From: Bacteroidota bacterium | GTDB lineage: Bacteria > Bacteroidota > Bacteroidia > Bacteroidales > JAIFNL01 | NCBI GenBank assembly: GCA_020047755.1 | Contig: JAIFNL010000080.1 | Span: 1,297 to 65,296, forward strand | Length of the DNA stretch: 64,000 nucleotides | Reading direction: 5' to 3' | Shown: in pieces, positions 58,901-64,000 of the stretch | How the letters are laid out: the number at the start of each line of letters is the position of its first letter | How positions within the stretch are numbered: the stretch's first letter is position 1 | Position numbers and translations under genes: made by a program | Notes under the pieces: generated by a model | What the model saw: the letters and a program-made list of their open reading frames with translations, nothing else | Told to the model about the DNA's origin: nothing | Databases searched by the model: none

Positions 58901-61900
58901 TTAGAAATTAAGTTTAAGACCAAAAGTGTAAGATTTTGTTCCCGGCATGTTGAAATAATCCATACCCTGCGCGTTGTCAGCACCTAATAAACTTGTTTCA
59001 GGGTCAATACCTGTGTAATTAGTTTTCAACCAAAGATTTCTTCCGGTAGCATACACTTCAAGACCTTTAATAAAGTTCAAACCAATAACCTGTGGCTTCA
59101 ATCTGTACGACAATGAAACTTCGCGTAAACGCACCCAACCAGCATCTTCAACACCAGGAGAAGTAGCACCACCACCAAAGTTAGAACCTTGTCCTGTGAA
59201 CCAAGCTTGTCCGTTTACTACAGGGATATTATTGCTAACTCCACTAGAAACTGGTTTTCCGTTGGCATCAACGTGCCCTAAAACACCTGAATAAACTACA
59301 ATATTTCCTGAAGGAGTCTTTGTGAAGTCGATAGAGCCATCAGCCATATAATAAACTTCACGGTTTTCAGTTTCGATAGAAGTACCGAAGTTGTTCATTG
59401 CTAAACGAGTTCCATTGTACATTTTACCACCATGTTTCACATCAATCAAGAAAGAGAAAGTGATACCTTTGTAGCTAAATGTATTGGTCATATTTGCAGT
59501 CCAGTCTGGATTTACAGAACCAAGCGCAACCATTTCACGGTCATCTGTCATAGGGAATCCATCAGGATAAGAATCGTTGGGGTCATCGTTAATAAGCACA
59601 TTACCCTCAGCATCGCGATACCAATCGTATCCAAAAATAGAACGATATTCCATTCCGGCAACTGCACGAATTTGTGGGTCAGTAAAACCACCTAAAAATA
59701 CGTTGTCGATGCCTGGAGCAAGTTTAGTTACCGTATTTTTAATCTTAGTAAAATTCACATGAATATCCCAAGAAAAATCATCGGTTTTAATAGGTGAACC
59801 ATAAGCCATAACCTCAAAACCTTCGGAAGTCATTTCTCCAGCATTCATATAGGCTTCGGTATAACCCGAAGAGGCAGCAACAGGAACAGCCATTAACAAG
59901 TCAGTATTGGTATTCTGGAAAACAGCAAGGTCTAAACCTAATCTATTTTTTAAGAATTTCAATTCCACACCTGTTTCAAGTGTTTTCATCGTTTCGTGTT
60001 TCAAATCTGGATTACCTTGCACATCGCCCCAGCTATAGCCGTTGAATGTACCGGTAGTAGCTACCATTGGGAAGGTTAAACCGCCAGTCCAACCATCACC
60101 AGGAGCTGCTGAAGCAAAAGAGCTAGACAAAGAATAAGCTGGAGCAATATTTGCTGTTTTAGCATACGAAGCGCGAAGTTTACCAAACGAAAGGATTGCA
60201 TTATCTTTCAACATACCCAACTCTGTAAATATAAAAGCCAAGTTAGTAGAAGGGTAAAATTCTGATAAATTATCGGCAGGCATGGTAGTTGACCAATCGT
60301 TACGACCAGTAACTCCCAAATACAACATGTTTTTATAATCTATTTGAGCATCGAAAAACAAAGCGGCTGTACGATAAGTAGAAGTACCTGTGCTTGTTTT
60401 TTGGTCGGTTGTATTCGATAATTGATAAAATTCTACAATTGACAATCCGTTAGCAGAGCCATACAAATTTTTACCATAACTTTGATACATATTTTGTCCT
60501 AAAGTCAAACGTGCACTCAAATCATCAGAAAAACTCTTAGTCATGTTAATCAAAAAGTCAGAGTTAATAATTTGACCGGTATATTGATATTCGCCAACAA
60601 GACCTGTAGGAGTAGTACGAGAACCAATAGCCAACACATTTTTATACCTGCGGTTGTACCAGTCAGTACCTACTTTGTATGAAAAATTTAACCAATCAGT
60701 AGCTTCGTAATTTACATATACATTACCCATAAAACGATTGGTTACATCTTGCCATGAGTTCTCATTAGCAGTCCAATATGGGTTGTCATATCCGCCACCG
60801 TTACGGTAGTTGCGTTGCGAAAGGTCAGAAAACTGCCAACCTATTTTTTCGCCAAAAACGTCAGTATCGTAGCCACGACCTTGATTATCAAAGGTAGGAG
60901 GAGTACGCAACAAACCTAACATAACACCTGAGGTGTTTGAACCTTGTTGTATAAAATTTCCATTTGAATTAACATAAGTCATACTCGAACCGGTAGTAAT
61001 TTTGCTAGTCAGTTTAGTTTCTGAATTTAACTTGAACGAACTACGTTCAAATGTATTGTTGGGAACAATACCTTCTTGAGTCATATTACCCACAGAGAAA
61101 TAATATGTTGTGGTTTCACTACCTCCTGAAACACTCAAGTTATTATTTAGAGTCAAACCTGTTTGGAAAAAATCGAATTGGTCATATACATTAACCGGTC
61201 CGCCACTGGTAATAGCAGTACCTTTAGGAACAATTTTACCGTAAGGATCCCACTTGTAGTAGGTAGCTTTTGTAGGATCGGTAGTAGAAGCATCATACTC
61301 TAAATCTGAAATTTTTGCACCCCAAGAACTAGCATTTCCACCAACCCAAACACCACCTGTTCCTTGCGAATACATTTGTTGCATACCCGGAGTTTTAGAA
61401 ATTTGTTCAAAACTTGCCGAAGAAGAGAAAAGAACATCAAATTTTTTACTTTTTCCTTTGTGAGTAGTAATAACAATAGCACCGTTAGCAGCCTGAATAC
61501 CATAAAGAGCTGTAGCAGCACCACCTTTCAAAACGTTCATAGTAGCAATATCCTCTGGGTTAATGTCGATAGAACGACCCGAAGTTGCAACACCATCAAC
61601 AGCACCACCACCACCACCAGTGATAATAGGAATACCATCGACAATAAATAACGGTTGATTATTTCCTGTAATAGACGCAGCACCACGTATAGTAATGTAA
61701 GCAGAAGCACCAGCAGTACCTCCAGAGCTATTTACTTGTACACCAGCGGCACGACCCGAAATAGAGTTAATTAAGTCCGCATTGTTGGCACGCCCAAGTT
61801 CATCGGAATTAATATCCTGAACCGAATACCCCAATGCTTTCTTATCTCTCTTTATTCCTAAAGCAGTAATAACAACCTCGTCGGTAATTACATCGGTTGA

Positions 61901-62188
61901 TAGCATTACTACGTCAACAGAACTTTGTCCATTAATCGCCACTCGTTGAGTTTCCATTCCGATAAACGAAAAGATTAAAGACTCTACTCCGGCTGGTACA
62001 TCTAACCTGTAAGTTCCATCGGCTTCTGTTAAAGAACCAAATTGCGGTTGCCCCTCTGGAATCACAGTTGCGCCCGGTATTGGAGAACCACTCTTATCGG
62101 TAACAGTACCGGTAACAGTAGTTTGAGCAAAAACAGCTTGCATTCCTATAAAAGCTAGAAACGCCAGCATTAACGTAATTTTCTTCAT
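58901..62188 (-). CDS. SusC/RagA-family TonB-linked outer-membrane transporter
   Basis: Signal peptide. CarboxypepD_reg N-domain (VTGTVTDKSGSPIPGATV). TonB-box-like region VVITALGIKRDKKALGYSV. Plug (GRAAGVQV, PLFIVDGIPI, IATMNVLKGGAATALYG). 1095 aa ending ...FGLKLNF. Confidence 0.93.
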   Translation of the reverse strand: MKKITLMLAFLAFIGMQAVFAQTTVTGTVTDKSGSPIPGATVIPEGQPQFGSLTEADGTYRLDVPAGVESLIFSFIGMETQRVAINGQSSVDVVMLSTDVITDEVVITALGIKRDKKALGYSVQDINSDELGRANNADLINSISGRAAGVQVNSSGGTAGASAYITIRGAASITGNNQPLFIVDGIPIITGGGGGAVDGVATSGRSIDINPEDIATMNVLKGGAATALYGIQAANGAIVITTHKGKSKKFDVLFSSSASFEQISKTPGMQQMYSQGTGGVWVGGNASSWGAKISDLEYDASTTDPTKATYYKWDPYGKIVPKGTAITSGGPVNVYDQFDFFQTGLTLNNNLSVSGGSETTTYYFSVGNMTQEGIVPNNTFERSSFKLNSETKLTSKITTGSSMTYVNSNGNFIQQGSNTSGVMLGLLRTPPTFDNQGRGYDTDVFGEKIGWQFSDLSQRNYRNGGGYDNPYWTANENSWQDVTNRFMGNVYVNYEATDWLNFSYKVGTDWYNRRYKNVLAIGSRTTPTGLVGEYQYTGQIINSDFLINMTKSFSDDLSARLTLGQNMYQSYGKNLYGSANGLSIVEFYQLSNTTDQKTSTGTSTYRTAALFFDAQIDYKNMLYLGVTGRNDWSTTMPADNLSEFYPSTNLAFIFTELGMLKDNAILSFGKLRASYAKTANIAPAYSLSSSFASAAPGDGWTGGLTFPMVATTGTFNGYSWGDVQGNPDLKHETMKTLETGVELKFLKNRLGLDLAVFQNTNTDLLMAVPVAASSGYTEAYMNAGEMTSEGFEVMAYGSPIKTDDFSWDIHVNFTKIKNTVTKLAPGIDNVFLGGFTDPQIRAVAGMEYRSIFGYDWYRDAEGNVLINDDPNDSYPDGFPMTDDREMVALGSVNPDWTANMTNTFSYKGITFSFLIDVKHGGKMYNGTRLAMNNFGTSIETENREVYYMADGSIDFTKTPSGNIVVYSGVLGHVDANGKPVSSGVSNNIPVVNGQAWFTGQGSNFGGGATSPGVEDAGWVRLREVSLSYRLKPQVIGLNFIKGLEVYATGRNLWLKTNYTGIDPETSLLGADNAQGMDYFNMPGTKSYTFGLKLNF

Positions 62189-62232
62189 AAAATTTGTAAA
62201 TTAGGTTAAAAATTTATTTAAATAATCAACTG

Positions 62233-62263
62233 CAAAAATAATAAATCTATTAAACTATGCAAA
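62233..62263 (-). promoter_or_regulatory. Candidate full-consensus Bacteroidota promoter for susC: TTTG-N19-TAttTTTG (minus strand)
   Basis: Plus-strand caaaaata (62233-62240) and caaa (62260-62263) are separated by 19 nt. The -7 box lies about 45 nt upstream of the susC ATG. Confidence 0.5.
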
Positions 62264-62554
62264 TAAAATTTAATTTTTGTTAAAAAACAAGTCTTCTTTT
62301 ATCTAATTTGAAAGATTATCAAATAATTAGATTTATGTTATTTAATTATTAAAAGAAACAATGCTCTGCTATAATTTCACTTTAAAGCATTTTTTAGGTT
62401 GTTTTTAATTAAAAAGTATTCGTTAAGTGGCAAGGTAATTAACTGACGGCATTTATGCAGTAGTTCAAGAATAAGCCACTTTTATTAGGTTTTAGGGCTT
62501 ATTCTAAGTAATTCTGTTCTTTTGAGAGCAAGAAAGAATTACTAAAAAACAAAA

Positions 62555-62579
62555 AAGGCTGCCCGATGCGGGCAGCCTT
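62555..62579 (-). terminator. Rho-independent terminator after the upstream SusD gene
   Basis: GC-rich stem aaggctgcccg / cgggcagcctt with a 3-nt loop. On the minus strand it is followed by ttttttgtttttt. Confidence 0.85.
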
Positions 62580-62603
62580 TTGGATTATTTTAAAAGCGAA
62601 ATA

Positions 62604-63992
62604 CTAGTATCCTTCGTTTTGAGTCATGTTAGGGTTAGCATTCAATTCCACTTTTGGAATAGGAAGTGCGTATTTATAACTTCCATAAGCAGGTCCTCCA
62701 TGAGATTGTTTTAAGGCATCAACCACAGGTATATTTTGTCCTGTTCGAGCAAGGTCATCAAATCTGAAACCTTCAAAACAAAGCTCTTTTCTTCTTTCTA
62801 ATAAAATATTATCTTTAGAAATAGCAGAATAAGCACTAGCACCTCTTTCGGCAGGAATTTTGTTAAGCCAAGTAAGAGCATTAGCATCAGACAAACCAAA
62901 TAAAGCCTCAGCATAGTTCAAAATAACTTCTTCGTATCTGAATACAGGAATATTATCTGAATAATCAGTAGCAGGATATTTAGCTAAGTTAGTCAAATAA
63001 GTAGGAGCAGCAGGGTCATAGCCAATACCAGCTCTTCTTACATCAGTAGCTTCAAAAATATTGTACAAATTATCAAGAGCTCTCACATCGCCGTAGCTAG
63101 AACCTCTGTAAATTTGTTGGATACCGTCAATGTTTGCGTTATCTACACTAGAGTAAGCTAATTCGAAAATAGAGTTCGAGTTTTGCTTTGCAGTCCAAGA
63201 GTTAATGTAACTAGCAGCAGGCATAATAGAGTAGTAACTAGAATTAATAACAGCTTCGCAAGCAGTTTTAGCAGCAGCCCAGTCGGCAAAATAAACAGCT
63301 ACTCTAGCTTTCAAAGCATGAGCAGCATACGCAGTGATAAATTCTTTGCTGTCATTTCCGTTATCTGCACTTACTACAGTATAAAGTAGCGAAATAGCAG
63401 AAGCAATGTCAGCATAAATTAAATCTTTTACTTCGCTTACTGTTTTGCGAGCAGGAGCTACTTCTTCACCTTTGTATTCAGTGATATAAGGAATACCTTC
63501 GGTTGTTCTGCCAGTAACATGTTGCTGACCGTAAAGTCTAAGTAAATCGAAATGAGCTAAAGCTCTAATTACATAAGCTTGTCCAATTACTTGGTTAATT
63601 GCATTTTGGTCGCCTTCGATACCTGCATCGGATTTAGAAATAACAATATTAGCAGAAGCAATAGCAGCATAAATTTGAGTCCAAGTATCAGTAGCATTAG
63701 CATTAGTTTCGAGCATATCCATTGAAGCAGAAGTCAAGTAACGACCTGATTTACCGTTAGCATAACAGTTATCACTTCTTACCTCACCGTAAACAATTAC
63801 ACTTCTACCATAGTAGTTAGTACTAGTCATGCGGTTGAAAGCACCAGCCAAAACCCCTTGAAGATCTTCGGCAGTTTGAATACTGGTTTCAACGTCTTTC
63901 TGTTGCTCTAAAGTAGGCTCCAAATCTTCTTCGTTGCAAGAAATAGTGCCCATTATAAATAGAGCAAAAAAGATATAAATTAATTTTTTCAT
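62604..63992 (-). CDS. SusD/RagB-family nutrient-binding lipoprotein (classical RagB/SusD type); its cognate SusC is presumably upstream beyond the window end
   Basis: Lipobox MGTISCNEED. YAIRALAHFDLLRLYG-like block (AYVIRALAHFDLLRLYG). RYEEVILNYAEA, RRKELCFEGFRFDDLAR, PIPKVELNANPNMTQNEGY. Confidence 0.9.
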   Translation of the reverse strand: MKKLIYIFFALFIMGTISCNEEDLEPTLEQQKDVETSIQTAEDLQGVLAGAFNRMTSTNYYGRSVIVYGEVRSDNCYANGKSGRYLTSASMDMLETNANATDTWTQIYAAIASANIVISKSDAGIEGDQNAINQVIGQAYVIRALAHFDLLRLYGQQHVTGRTTEGIPYITEYKGEEVAPARKTVSEVKDLIYADIASAISLLYTVVSADNGNDSKEFITAYAAHALKARVAVYFADWAAAKTACEAVINSSYYSIMPAASYINSWTAKQNSNSIFELAYSSVDNANIDGIQQIYRGSSYGDVRALDNLYNIFEATDVRRAGIGYDPAAPTYLTNLAKYPATDYSDNIPVFRYEEVILNYAEALFGLSDANALTWLNKIPAERGASAYSAISKDNILLERRKELCFEGFRFDDLARTGQNIPVVDALKQSHGGPAYGSYKYALPIPKVELNANPNMTQNEGY

Positions 63993-64000
63993 GTTCTTAG

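Overview
AT-rich (about one-third G+C by eye) chromosomal segment from a Bacteroidota genome. The phylum call rests on several type IX secretion (T9SS) C-terminal sorting domains, a PorU-like C25 sortase, SusC/SusD pairs, a short 286-aa primary sigma factor, and TAnnTTTG-type -7 boxes upstream of genes. Most of the window is housekeeping: pepD (5' end cut by the window edge), yidC, pyrG, rpoD, a DEAD-box helicase, mqnA, glpK, icd, an ABC-F ATPase and one RNA gene (rnpB, RNase P RNA). These are interspersed with surface and secreted proteins: five T9SS-CTD proteins, OM beta-barrels, one complete SusC/SusD/lipoprotein locus and the SusD of a second. I saw no tRNA, rRNA, CRISPR array, transposase, integrase or phage genes. 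Five things are worth a second look. (1) A 502-aa protein fuses two tandem SiaB-like GHKL kinase modules to a SiaC-like DUF1987 domain, with no phosphatase or output gene nearby. (2) Two unannotated intergenic repeat families recur and tend to occur together: element A, about 170-270 bp and MITE-like, and element B, about 75-120 bp and hairpin-forming. (3) A PurL-like protein keeps the structural half of FGAM synthase II but has lost nearly all catalytic-half signatures. (4) A DUF4301 protein carries UDP-sugar-pyrophosphorylase-like motifs. (5) rnpB directly abuts a T9SS-secreted CotH-kinase gene. No search or folding computation could be run, so all family assignments come from motif recognition by eye.
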